A stretch of DNA of 64,000 bases. It comes from Octopus sinensis. Taxonomy: Eukaryota. The stretch spans positions 124,124,001 through 124,188,000 of the forward strand of contig NC_043001.1 of assembly GCF_006345805.1 (NCBI RefSeq), in the 5' to 3' direction. Positions 12,701-25,314 of this stretch are shown one piece after another. Numbering within the stretch: position 1 is the stretch's first letter; every line of letters begins with the position of its first letter. The position numbers were made by a program, and so were the translations under genes. The notes beneath the pieces were generated by a model. The model was not told the origin of the DNA and searched no databases. It was given only the letters and a program-made list of their open reading frames with translations.

Positions 12701-15700
12701 GAGTTTGATGATTTTAACCCACGCTGGTGGAAAGGGGAGAACAGAGATTCTTCGCTTGCTTATTTTGAATTTGTTGACACTGTTAGTTGGGAGCAGATCT
12801 TCGAGAGGGTATGTTCTTATTTTCAGTGTTTCCAAATCCAAACCAAGGAATTTCCGAGCCGATGATAGAAATGTTGTTTTGACTAATCTTGAAACGTACG
12901 TTCTCGAATAACCTTAGCATTTGATTTTTCGATGTCATTACCCCCAACTTTTGTGAGTTAAATTATGCAAACACTATATATGAGAGAGATTTTCTTTAAG
13001 TATTAGAAATAGCCTTAAAAAAGTTTTTTAGCTGCTATTTCTAATGAGTTCAGTATGCGGCAAAGTAATTTATTTTACTAAGCCCTTTTATATAATGTAA
13101 TAATTGAATTCGCCTTGAATGGTCCCTTTGCATACTGAACACTTGGTGAAATTGATTAATAATTAATTAATTTTGCCCTCAATTGTTGAAATTATAATTA
13201 ATCTCCCTCTGATTAATGCTTCGGACTTTACCGAAATAAGCATAGAGTTTGATGATTTTAACCCACGCTGGTGGAAAGGGGAGAACAGAGATTCTTCGCT
13301 TGCTTATTTTGAATTTGTTGACACTGTTAGTTGGGAGCAGATCTTCGAGAGGGTATGTTCTTATTTTCAGTGTTTCCAAATCCAAACCAAGGAATTTCCG
13401 AGCCGATGATAGAAATGTTGTTTTGACTAATCTTGAAACGTACGTTCTCGAATAACCTTAGCATTTGATTTTTCGATGTCATTACCCCCAAACTTTTGTG
13501 AGTTAAATTATGCAAACACTATATATGAGAGAGATTTTCTTTAAGTATTAGAAATAGCCTTAAAAAAGTTTTTTAGCTGCTATTTCTAATGAGTTCAGTA
13601 TGCGGCAAAGTAATTTATTTTACTAAGCCCTTTTATATAATGTAATAATTTGAATTCGCCTTGAATGGTCCCTTTGCATACTGAACACTTGGTGAAATTG
13701 ATTAATAATTAATTAATTTTGCCCTCAATTGTTGAAATTATAATTAATCTCCCTCTGATTAATGCTTCGGTTCTGGACTTACCGAAATAAGCATAGAGTT
13801 TGATGATTTTAACCCACGCTGGTGGAAAGGGGAGAACAGAGATTCTTCGCTTGCTTATTTTGAATTTGTTGACACTGTTAGTTGGGAGCAGATCTTCGAG
13901 AGGGTATGTTCTTATTTTCAGTGTTTCCAAATCCAAACCAAGGAATTTCCGAGCCGATGATAGAAATGTTGTTTTGACTAATCTTGAAACGTACGTTCTC
14001 GAATAACCTTAGCATTTGATTTTTCGATGTCATTACCCCCAAACTTTTGTGAGTTAAATTATGCAAACACTATATATGAGAGAGATTTTCTTTAAGTATT
14101 AGAAATAGCCTTAAAAAAGTTTTTTAGCTGCTATTTCTAATGAGTTCAGTATGCGGCAAAGTAATTTATTTTACTAAGCCCTTTTATATAATGTAATAAT
14201 TTGAATTCGCCTTGAATGGTCCCTTTTGGTGAAATTGATTAATAATTAATTAATTTTGCCCTCAATTGTTGAAATTATAATTAATCTCCCTCTGATTAAT
14301 GCTTCGGACTTTACCGAAATAAGCATAGAGTTTGATGATTTTAACCCACGCTGGTGGAAAGGGGAGAACAGAGATTCTTCGCTTGCTTATTTTGAATTTG
14401 TTGACACTGTTAGTTGGGAGCAGATCTTCGAGAGGGTATGTTCTTATTTTCAGTGTTTCCAATCCAAACCAAGGAATTTCCGAGCCGATGATAGAAATGT
14501 TGTTTTGACTAATCTTGAAACGTACGTTCTCGAATAACCTTAGCATTTGATTTTTCGATGTCATTACCCCCAAACTTTTGTGAGTTAAATTATGCAAACA
14601 CTATATATGAGAGATTTTCTTTAAGTATTAGAAATAGCCTTAAAAAATTTTTTTAGCTGCTATTTCTAATGAGTTCAGTATGCGGCAAAGTAATTTATTT
14701 TACTAAGCCCTTTTATATAATGTAATAATTTGAATTCGCCTTGAATGGTCCCTTTGCATACTGAACACTTGGTGAAATTGATTAATAATTAATTAATTTT
14801 GCCCTCAATTGTTGAAATTATAATTAATCTCCCTCTGATTAATGCTTCGGACTTTACCGAAATAAGCATAGAGTTTGATGATTTTAACCCACGCTGGTGG
14901 AAAGGGGAGAACAGAGATTCTTCGCTTGCTTATTTTGAATTTGTTGACTCTGTTAGTTGGGAGCAGATCTTCGAGAGGGTATGTTCTTATTTTCAGTGTT
15001 TCCAAATCCAAACCAAGGAATTTCCGAGCCGATGATAGAAATGTTGTTTTGACTAATCTTGAAACGTACGTTCTCGAATAACCTTAGCATTTGATTTTTC
15101 GATGTCATTACCCCCAACTTTTGTGAGTTAAATTATGCAAACACTATATATGAGAGAGATTTTCTTTAAGTATTAGAAATAGCCTTAAAAAAGTTTTTTA
15201 GCTGCTATTTCTAATGAGTTCAGTATGCGGCAAAGTAATTTATTTTACTAAGCCCTTTTATATAATGTAATAATTTGAATTCGCCTTGAATGGTCCCTTT
15301 GCATACTGAACACTTGGTGAAATTGATTAATAATTAATTAATTTTGCCCTCAATTGTTGAAATTATAATTAATCTCCCTCTGATTAATGCTTCGGACTTT
15401 ACCGAAATAAGCATAGAGTTTGATGATTTTAACCCACGCTGGTGGAAAGGGGAGAACAGAGATTCTTCGCTTGCTTATTTTGAATTTGTTGACACTGTTA
15501 GTTGGGAGCAGATCTTCGAGAGGGTATGTTCTTATTTTCAGTGTTTCCAAATCCAAACCAAGGAATTTCCGAGCCGATGATAGAAATGTTGTTTTGACTA
15601 ATCTTGAAACGTACGTTCTCGAATAACCTTAGCATTTGATTTTTCGATGTCATTACCCCCAAACTTTTGTGAGTTAAATTATGCAAACACTATATATGAG

Positions 15701-18700
15701 AGAGATTTTCTTTAAGTATTAGAAATAGCCTTAAAAAAGTTTTTTAGCTGCTATTTCTAATGAGTTCAGTATGCGGCAAAGTAATTTATTTTACTAAGCC
15801 CTTTTATATAATGTAATAATTTGAATTCGCCTTGAATGGTCCCTTTGCATACTGAACACTTGGTGAAATTGATTAATAATTAATTAATTTTGCCCTCAAT
15901 TGTTGAAATTATAATTAATCTCCCTCTGATTAATGCTTCGGACTTTACCGAAATAAGCATAGAGTTTGATGATTTTAACCCACGCTGGTGGAAGGGAGAA
16001 CAGAGATTCTTCGCTTGCTTATTTTGAATTTGTTGACACTGTTAGTTGGGAGCAGATCTTCGAGAGGGTATGTTCTTATTTTCAGTGTTTCCAAATCCAA
16101 ACCAAGGAATTTCCGAGCCGATGATAGAAATGTTGTTTTGACTAATCTTGAAACGTACGTTCTCGAATAACCTTAGCATTTGATTTTTCGATGTCATTAC
16201 CCCCAAACTTTTGTGAGTTAAATTATGCAAACACTATATATGAGAGAGATTTTCTTTAAGTATTAGAAATAGCCTTAAAAAGTTTTTTAGCTGCTATTTC
16301 TAATGAGTTCAGTATGCGGCAAAGTAATTTATTTTACTAAGCCCTTTTATATAATGTAATAATTTGAATTCGCCTTGAATGGTCCCTTGCATACTGAACA
16401 CTTGGTGAAATTGATTAATAATTAATTAATTTTGCCCTCATTGTTGAATTATAATTAATCTCCCTCTGATTAATGCTTCGGACTTTACCGAAATAAGCAT
16501 AGAGTTTGATGATTTTAACCCACGCTGGTGGAAAGGGGAGAACAGAGATTCTTCGCTTGCTTATTTTGAATTTGTTGACACTGTTAGTTGGGAGCAGATC
16601 TTCGAGAGGGTATGTTCTTATTTTCAGTGTTTCCAAATCCAAACCAAGGAATTTCCGAGCCGATGATAGAAATGTTGTTTTGACTAATCTTGAAACGTAC
16701 GTTCTCGAATAACCTTAGCATTTGATTTTTCGATGTCATTACCCCCAAACTTTTGTGAGTTAAATTATGCAAACACTATATATGAGAGAGATTTTCTTTA
16801 AGTATTAGAAATAGCCTTAAAAAGTTTTTTAGCTGCTATTTCTAATGAGTTCAGTATGCGGCAAGTAATTTTATTTTACTAAGCCCTTTTATATAATGTA
16901 ATAATTTGAATTCGCCTTGAATGGTCCCTTTGCATACTGAACACTTGGTGAAATTGATTAATAATTAATTAATTTTGCCCTCAATTGTTGAAATTATAAT
17001 TAATCTCCCTCTGATTAATGCTTCGGACTTTACCGAAATAAGCATAGAGTTTGATGATTTTAACCCACGCTGGTGGAAAGGGGAGAACAGAGATTCTTCG
17101 CGCTTGCTTATTTTGAATTTGTTGACACTGTTAGTTGGGAGCAGATCTTCGAGAGGGTATGTTCTTATTTTCAGTGTTTCCAAATCCAAACCAAGGAATT
17201 TCCGAGCCGATGATAGAAATGTTGTTTTGACTAATCTTGAAACGTACGTTCTCGAATAACCTTAGCATTTGATTTTTCGATGTCATTACCCCCAAACTTT
17301 TGTGAGTTAAATTATGCAAACACTATATATGAGAGAGATTTTCTTTAAGTATTAGAAATAGCCTTAAAAAGTTTTTTAGGCTGCTATTTCTAATGAGTTC
17401 AGTATGCGGCAAAGTAATTTATTTTACTAAGCCCTTTTATATAATGTAATAATTTGAATTCGCCTTGAATGGTCCCTTTGCATACTGAACACTTGGTGAA
17501 ATTGATTAATAATTAATTAATTTTGCCCTCAATTGTTGAAATTATAATTAATCTCCCTCTGATTAATGCTTCGGACTTTACCGAAATAAGCATAGAGTTT
17601 GATGATTTTAACCCACGCTGGTGGAAAGGGGAGAACAGAGATTCTTCGCTTGCTTATTTTGAATTTGTTGACACTGTTAGTTGGGAGCAGATCTTCGAGA
17701 GGGTATGTTCTTATTTTCAGTGTTTCCAAATCCAAACCAAGGAATTTCCGAGCCGATGATAGAATGTTGTTTTGACTAATCTTGAAACGTACGTTCTCGA
17801 ATAACCTTAGCATTTGATTTTTCGATGTCATTACCCCCAAACTTTTGTGAGTTAATTATGCAAACACTATATATGAGAGAGATTTTCTTTAAGTATTAGA
17901 AATAGCCTTAAAAAAGTTTTTTAGCTGCTATTTCTAATGAGTTCAGTATGCGGCAAAGTAATTTATTTTACTAAGCCCTTTTATATAATGTAATAATTTG
18001 AATTCGCCTTGAATGGTCCCTTTGCATACTGAACACTTGGTGAAATTGATTAATAATTATTAATTTTGCCCTCAATTGTTGAAATTATAATTAATCTCCC
18101 TCTGATTAATGCTTCGGACTTTACCGAAATAAGCATAGAGTTTGATGATTTTAACCCACGCTGGTGGAAAGGGGAGAACAGAGATTCTTCGCTTGCTTAT
18201 TTTGAATTTGTTGACACTGTTAGTTGGGAGCAGATCTTCGAGAGGGTATGTTCTTATTTTCAGTGTTTCCAATCCAAACCAAGGAATTTCCGAGCCGATG
18301 ATAGAAATGTTGTTTTGACTACTTGAAACTTGAAACGTACGTTCTCGAATAACCTTAGCATTTGATTTTTCGATGTCATTACCCCCAAACTTTTGTGAGT
18401 TAAATTATGCAAACACTATATATGAGAGAGATTTTCTTTAAGTATTAGAAATAGCCTTAAAAAAGTTTTTTAGCTGCTATTTCTAATGAGTTCATATGCG
18501 GCAAAGTAATTTATTTTACTAAGCCCTTTTATATAATGTAATAATTTGAATTCGCCTTGAATGGTCCCTTTGCATACTGAACACTTGGTGAAATTGATTA
18601 ATAATTAATTAATTTTGCCCTCAATTGTTGAAATTATAATTAATCTCCCTCTGATTAATGCTTCGGACTTTACCGAAATAAGCATAGAGTTTGATGATTT

Positions 18701-19074
18701 TAACCCACGCTGGTGGAAAGGGGAGAACAGAGATTCTTCGCTTGCTTATTTTGAATTTGTTGACACTGTTAGTTGGGAGCAGATCTTCGAGAGGGTATGT
18801 TCTTATTTTCAGTGTTTCCAAATCCAAACCAAGGATTTCCGAGCCGATGATAGAAATTTGTTTGACTAATCTTGAAACGTACGTTCTCGAATAACCTTAG
18901 CATTTTTTTTCGATGTCATTACCCCCAAACTTTTGTGAGTTAAATTGCAAACACTATATATGAGAGAGATTTTCTTTAAGTATTAGAAATAGCCTTAAAA
19001 AGTTTTTTAGCTGCTATTTCTAATGAGTTCAGTATGCGGCAAAGTAATTTATTTTACTAACCCTTTTATATAAT
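9758..19074 (+). repeat. Tandem array of ~17 x ~544-bp hammerhead-ribozyme-containing monomers (retrozyme-like), preceded by a ~178-bp inverted fragment
   Basis: The period is visible directly: homologous ORF ends recur from 10190 to 18894 (16 intervals, mean 544 bp). Units differ mostly by 1-bp indels. 9758-9936 is the reverse complement of monomer sequence. Both flanks are (TA)n. Confidence 0.97.
10666..10736 (+). ncRNA. Type I hammerhead ribozyme (unit 2, representative of 17 copies), U4C core variant, GUU cleavage triplet
   Basis: aagg aatttc cgag | CCGATGA | t aga..tct t | GAAA cgtacg T T | ctcg aataa cctt. Stem I is cgag/ctcg plus distal aagg/cctt; stem III is the palindrome ACGTACGT; predicted cut after 10723. 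Cores (cgag..ctcg) start at 10134, 10676, 11219, 11764, 12309, 12855, 13399, 13950, 14481, 15025, 15570, 16114, 16656, 17203, 17749, 18291 and 18840. Confidence 0.85.
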
Positions 19075-19111
19075 ATATATATATATATATATATAGACAC
19101 AGAGAGAGAGA

Positions 19112-19185
<74 letters not shown>

Positions 19186-19650
19186 CATATATATACATAT
19201 ATGTTCATATATATATATGTAAGTATACACACACACAGGTACATGTTATCATGTCGCGATATGTCTTAAGATTTCTGTAGAATCCAGTGGTTCTATAGGT
19301 TTGACCCACTTCTATAATTTCACTGGAATATGTCGGAAACTTGGAGGAATATGCTTTTACTGAGATTCGGCTTTATTTATCACACACACACACTCACACT
19401 CACACTCACACATATGTTTCTCCACATACAAAAAAAAATCACACACAAACATACATATATGTCTTTGCAGGCGACTTTATGCATATATCTACACACGCAT
19501 ACGTTTATCCCTTTGAGCAAAAAATTACAGTGCTTTGTTCAGAATGACTCTTTTTCATGTACCTATGAGCATTTCTACGTATGTATGTATGTATGTATGT
19601 ATGTATGAGTATGTATGTATGTATGTATGTATTGTATATTATATACATAT

Positions 19651-19708
<58 letters not shown>

Positions 19709-19806
19709 TATGTATATATATATGTATGTATGTATATATATATAAATAGATAGATAGATAGATAGATAGATATACGTATATACATAATATATGTGCGTGT
19801 GTGTGC

Positions 19807-19856
<50 letters not shown>

Positions 19857-19890
19857 TATATATATATAATATATATATATATATGTATGT
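19075..19890. repeat. (TA)n/(TATG)n/(GATA)n microsatellite region
   Basis: Read directly; about 350 bp of more complex sequence is interspersed at about 19200-19570. Confidence 0.85.
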
Positions 19891-20214
19891 ATGTAATGGA
19901 TCTTTGTTTATGTATGTCAAGCGACTGATTGAATGTTTTTAAACTAAGCAACATACGCCAGGCCACCAGACTTGATTTTTTTTTTGGTTTCTACTTTTAT
20001 ATATGTAACAAGAATGCAGCCAATCAAATTACAAATATACAGGAGGAACCCCCGACCGCTTGTTATTTCTAATTTATCGTTCGTCTTATAAAGTATCCAT
20101 ACCACAATTCTATAAACTTCTTTCGTAATAAGGACTACATTTATGAATGCTAGGATCAGAACGGAAATTAAAAAGATCTCCAATCTTTTTTCTTTCCATT
20201 TCTTAATTTCCACC

Positions 20215-20276
20215 GATCTGTCTGTCTGTGAGTCTGTCTATCTGTCATTCTGCCTGTCTGTGTATTTCTCTGTGTT

Positions 20277-20315
<39 letters not shown>

Positions 20316-20571
20316 GTTGTCTGTGTCTGTCTTCCTATCTGTATCTCTTTGCCCCCCTCTCTCTCGCTGCTTCTGCTTCTCTTTGCCCCTGTATCTATAT
20401 TTTTTCTTCCTCCCACTCTTTCGTTCTCTTTCTCTTTTTGTTTGTCTGTCTGTCTCTTTTCATCTATCTATCTATATATATATATAATATATATATATAT
20501 ATAATATATATATCTATATGTTTGTCTGTCTATCTATCTATCTATCTATCTATCTCTCTCTCTCTCTCTCT

Positions 20572-20617
<46 letters not shown>

Positions 20618-20647
20618 CTATCTATCTATCTATTTATTTATCTATCA

Positions 20648-20697
<50 letters not shown>

Positions 20698-20706
20698 TTA
20701 TCTATC

Positions 20707-20739
<33 letters not shown>

Positions 20740-20827
20740 GTATCTATCCATGTATGTATTATGTATGTATGTATGTATGTATGAAGGTATCTTTCTAACT
20801 ATCTGTCTATCTATCTATCTATCTATA

Positions 20828-20858
<31 letters not shown>

Positions 20859-20941
20859 TTATCTTATTTATCGATGATGCTACCATTGCATTTTACATCT
20901 CACAATATTAGTTGTTGTAATTGTCGTTATAACTACTACTA

Positions 20942-21022
<81 letters not shown>

Positions 21023-21025
21023 TCT
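20215..21025. repeat. (TCTG)n/(CT)n/(TATC)n/(TA)n/(CTA)n microsatellite region
   Basis: Read directly. Confidence 0.9.
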
Positions 21026-21435
21026 TCTGTGTTGATTTGTTTAATGTTAGCTGTTCCCTGTCTCAGATACTTGAAGTTAGAGCAACTTCTACATTTTACT
21101 GTGATTAGCAATAACGTACAGAACGGAAAGCTGAACACATGCTGAGAACATTTCTGTTAAATTGGAAATATTTTCGAATCTGGAAATGGTTTAAGACAAT
21201 TACATAATCTCAGGGCTACAATTTCATTTTATTATTTTTTTCTTTCTCTTAGGATGTACCGTTTATTCATGGGTATATAATTATTATTATTATTATTATT
21301 TTATTTTTACTGGAAGATTTTGATCATTTTCTTTCGGAGAGGATGAAATAAGTATCAGTTGAGCACTGGGATCGATTTAATCGATTAAACCGCTCCCACA
21401 AATTATTCCAGACCTTCTGCCTATAACAGAAATGA

Positions 21436-21533
<98 letters not shown>

Positions 21534-21639
21534 GAGCCCAAGACTTTGCTCCACATGCTAACTCACTGGCTTTCCAAAAGTGACCATGCAAAGGTTTCTC
21601 TTCAATTTGTTTAACATGCTCTCTTTGAATTTCATTTCT

Positions 21640-21870
21640 GTCCCTTTTCTCTTATTCCACATTTGATAAGGTGTCCCTTATTCACTGTCTTTTATAATTT
21701 CCCTGTGTTGTTCTAGAAAACTTCTAGTAGACGTTTTCTGTACACACTCTTTCACAACAATTAAATCCCTCTCATCCCGCTCTCTCTTCAAGTGCAGCCG
21801 GTTGGTATCAGCTTTCGGATGGTGGGTTCCATACATTGATAACGGCTTTCTAGATTTTCTTGTTTCTTTA
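21640..21870 (-). mobile_element. Non-LTR retrotransposon fragment (post-RT region, R4/Dong-like)
   Basis: ORF 21678-21878 reads MYGTHHPKADTNRLHLKRERDERDL, resembling the HPKAD..RLY..R..GGRGL motif. Clade assignment is from recall. Confidence 0.55.
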
Positions 21871-21874
21871 TTGC

Positions 21875-22457
21875 CCACAAGGGGCTAAACACAGAGAGTA
21901 CAAACGAGGGAAGAGAAAGGGATTAAGTCGTTTATATGGACCCCAGTGCGTTACTGGTACTTAATTTATCGACCCCGAAAAGATGAAAGGCAAAATCGAC
22001 CTCGGCGGAATTTGAACTCAGAAAGTAAAAGCAGGCGAAATGCCTATTTCTTTACTACCCACAAGGGGCTAAACACAGAGGGGACAAACAAGGACAGACA
22101 AACGGATTAAGTCGATTACATCGATCCCAGTGCGTAACTGGTACTTATTTAATCGGCCCCGAAAGGATGAAATGCAAAGTCGACCTCGGTGGAATTTGAA
22201 CTCAGAACGTAGCGGCAGACGGAATACCTATTTCTTTACTACCCACAAGGGGCTAAACACAGAAGAGACAAACAAGGACAGTCAAACGGATTAAGTCGAT
22301 TACATCGACCCCAGTGCGTAACTGGTACTTATTTAATCGACCCCGAAAGGATGAAAGGCAAAGTCGACCTCGGCGGAATTTGAACTCAGGACGTACCAGC
22401 AAACGAAATACCGCTAAGCATTTCGTCCGGCGTGCTAACGATTCTGCCAGCTCACCG
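21875..22457 (-). mobile_element. Three head-to-tail copies (~184-bp period) of a tRNA-derived SINE body, with a complete head only on the rightmost copy
   Basis: cctatttctttactacccacaagggg at 22043 and 22227. The minus strand has an A-box-like TGGCAGAATCG and a B-box-like GAGTTCAAAT. Same family as 57980-58205. Confidence 0.88.
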
Positions 22458-22974
22458 CTTTTCTAGTTTTTCTGTAAAGATTTTATGTGTCGATTTTGAT
22501 CTTGCATTTATTACATCAATAAGATTTTTTGATTTCAACTTTGTAATATCTTTCTTAATCACCATGTATAATCCCTACTGGTAATTTGTTTTATCTCTTC
22601 ATGTTTTCTTTTGTCTGCCTCTAGTATTTCCCAGTACTTAATACCACTATCCTTTCTCAACCGCTTTCATGTTTTTCCATTTTGTATTTCAATTCCTTGG
22701 CGTCTTTCAAATCTTCCTCGTTTCATTTCCTTAACAGCGCACTTTTCTGTCCCAAATTCCATACCTACATCACTTGAGAAAATGCGAGCATATGTACAAA
22801 ACTATCAAGCTGCTTCTCATTTTTCGCATAAAGCTTTACACCATCCATGAACGGGAGATAATTTATTTGACTATAACCTATTCCCAAATCAATAATAAAT
22901 CTCTGAACGATGTATAAACAGTAGCTGCACGACAATGTGAAGTATGTTTGTCACTTAAATGTGGCTAACCACTA

Positions 22975-23160
22975 AGGCTGGATGCTACTGTAGCTTGTAG
23001 CCCCAGGAGAACATCATCCCCAGCTGGCTATTGCAACACTTTCTGTGCCTTATCAGCATTTGCAAAGGGAGCCATCTTTCCCATCGTCGAACTGATGTGA
23101 TACGCACGGACCCGGGTTTCTGAGTATTTACCCGTCGTCAGCGCATGACAATCAATGCAG
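22975..23160. repeat. Old interspersed repeat, unclassified
   Basis: gatgctactgtagcttgtagccccaggagaacatc..cgggtttctgagta..tgacaatc aligns by eye to 59005-59200 and partly to 59365-59440. Confidence 0.55.
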
Positions 23161-23802
23161 TCAAATGAATGAAACAGGTAAAAGAGTAAAAAGTACATAT
23201 ATACATATATGGATATATGAATCAACAACTGTGTACAGTAACATCCATGATAGTAGAGTCGAGAAAATTATAAATTTCCACTGATAATTCTGGTGAAGTG
23301 AGGGTAAAGTGTATAACGAGAGGTACCATAGGCCCGAGATAAAGGTAGAAGGGATGACAATCCAGGAGAGGCTGAAGTTTAGTCAGGCAGGATCAAACTG
23401 GGGTGTGCCTTTATATTAAGGTTTGTTTTATGCTCGTTGAAATATATAAACAATCAAATACAGAAGTATTACTCAATGCCATTGTGTAGGGCATCTTTGC
23501 TGAAAAAAAATAACATTGACTTCGAAGTTTCATCGTAGCTGCATTCATCAGACAATTTGATAAAGGGAACAAAGCCAAAATTTCGAAGTTACAGACAATC
23601 TTCTTGTATAAGTATCATGTGAATGTGAGTTTGAGCGCGCGTGCGTGAGCGTGTGTATGTGCGGTGAGAGCGTAAGCACGCGAAATTAATTCTGTTCATT
23701 TTCCTAGATGTGAAGCAAATATATTAATTTGTAAAATTAACCTGCCATTATTAGTTTGTTATATTGGTCAGTGTTCAACGCGTTTATATGAATGTGTATG
23801 CA

Positions 23803-23864
<62 letters not shown>

Positions 23865-23871
<7 letters not shown>

Positions 23872-24241
23872 ATATTTCGGAATGGTCATTTTGCCAGTTT
23901 AGCCAATAAAAACACACGCACTATATATTTGGTGTTATTTTGCTTCATTGTTATTTATTTTTACATTAATCTTAATCTTATTTCGGCCAGCATGCGCAAA
24001 TGAAGACATACAATAGAAATACAAAATGGCTGACGGTTAGTAAGGAGAGACACAAATAAGAAAGAAGAAAACAAAGGACCACTGATTCGGTCACAGGAGT
24101 GTGACGAAAGAACTCTGGCCGAAATAAGATTAAGATTAATGTAAAAAATAAATAACAATTAAGCAAAATAACACCAAATATATAGTGCGTGTGTTTTTAT
24201 TGGCTAAACTGGCAAAATGACCATTCCGAAATATAACAATA
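23865..24241. mobile_element. Non-autonomous element with ~126-bp near-perfect inverted arms and an internal hammerhead-like motif
   Basis: 23865-23990 is the reverse complement of 24115-24241 (about one mismatch and one indel seen). (TA)n lies to the left. Confidence 0.85.
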
Positions 24242-24296
24242 TCTGTTTCAACACACGACTTCACATAAAAAATCTTGCACAACAAATATTTAAACG

Positions 24297-24350
<54 letters not shown>

Positions 24351-24459
24351 GTGTGTGTGTGTGTGTGTATGTATGTATCTTTCTCTCTCTCTATATATAT
24401 ATATATATACATTATTACTATCATTATTATTATTATCATTATTATTATCATTATTATTA

Positions 24460-24510
<51 letters not shown>

Positions 24511-25244
24511 TATTATTATTATTTCAGGTGTGTATGAATGGACTGTAAAAGACGGTTTCTTATAGTTAGTCTTGTATTCAGCGAATAACCAATGTGAAGG
24601 TTATTCATATTAAAAATTGAATATATTGAATACTTAATATCCATACTTTTAGAAAGTCATTTTATGACTTTATAATATTTTCCTTTCAAAATGTCATTCT
24701 TAGATAACTTTATCATTTTATAATTGATATACCCTAGAAAAGTTTTTTTTTTAAATATATCACATTCTAACATTATTTTTCTATAATCCATCACTCGACT
24801 AACAGCGATCTTCATCCAGTGAAGGAGTAGTTTTCGTTGGATAGTTAATAGCTTTGTTGTTAAGATAGCATTTCACATTTCCTTGAATAAAATGTTCGCT
24901 GAAAGATGGACATATTGTTGATTCTTATCCTGCTGTGAGCTGTTCGGTCAAAAGATCGTTCGCTGGTCAGAATGTCTTACTTTTGAGAATTATCAAATCA
25001 ATTTGCACAACACAGTTCTAGGGTCTTTCCAGTCCTAAACAAATGTAATTTGTTCAAATTTATCAACTTTTCAGCAGAGACGAGTTATATTAATATGCTG
25101 CAATAGAGAAAAAAGGTAAAGATGCTTGCGGAATTTGGAGATGTCTGCTTTGGCGTCCACATTTATGGATAACTATATTAAAATATCTGAAATTATGCAT
25201 AAATAACTTGAACCTGTTTGTCTATGTATGCATGTATGTACACA

Positions 25245-25297
<53 letters not shown>

Positions 25298-25314
25298 GCA
25301 TTATTTTTTTATAA

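Noticed and set aside
9924-18894. Recurrent 60-110 aa ORFs in the array (EFDDFNPRWWKGENRD.., MDLETLKIRTYP..)
   Set aside because: They overlap in several frames on both strands, change with 1-bp indels between units, lack recognisable domains and are not preserved in the 28-kb paralog, whereas base pairing is preserved.
9758-19074. CRISPR array, rDNA/5S or histone repeat interpretation
   Set aside because: There are no unique spacers and no cas genes, the context is eukaryotic, and I found no recognisable rRNA, snRNA or histone sequence in the unit.
21253-21272. Possible 20-nt micro-exon after a strong pyrimidine tract
   Set aside because: The donor (gtatat) is weak and I found no frame-compatible partner exon.
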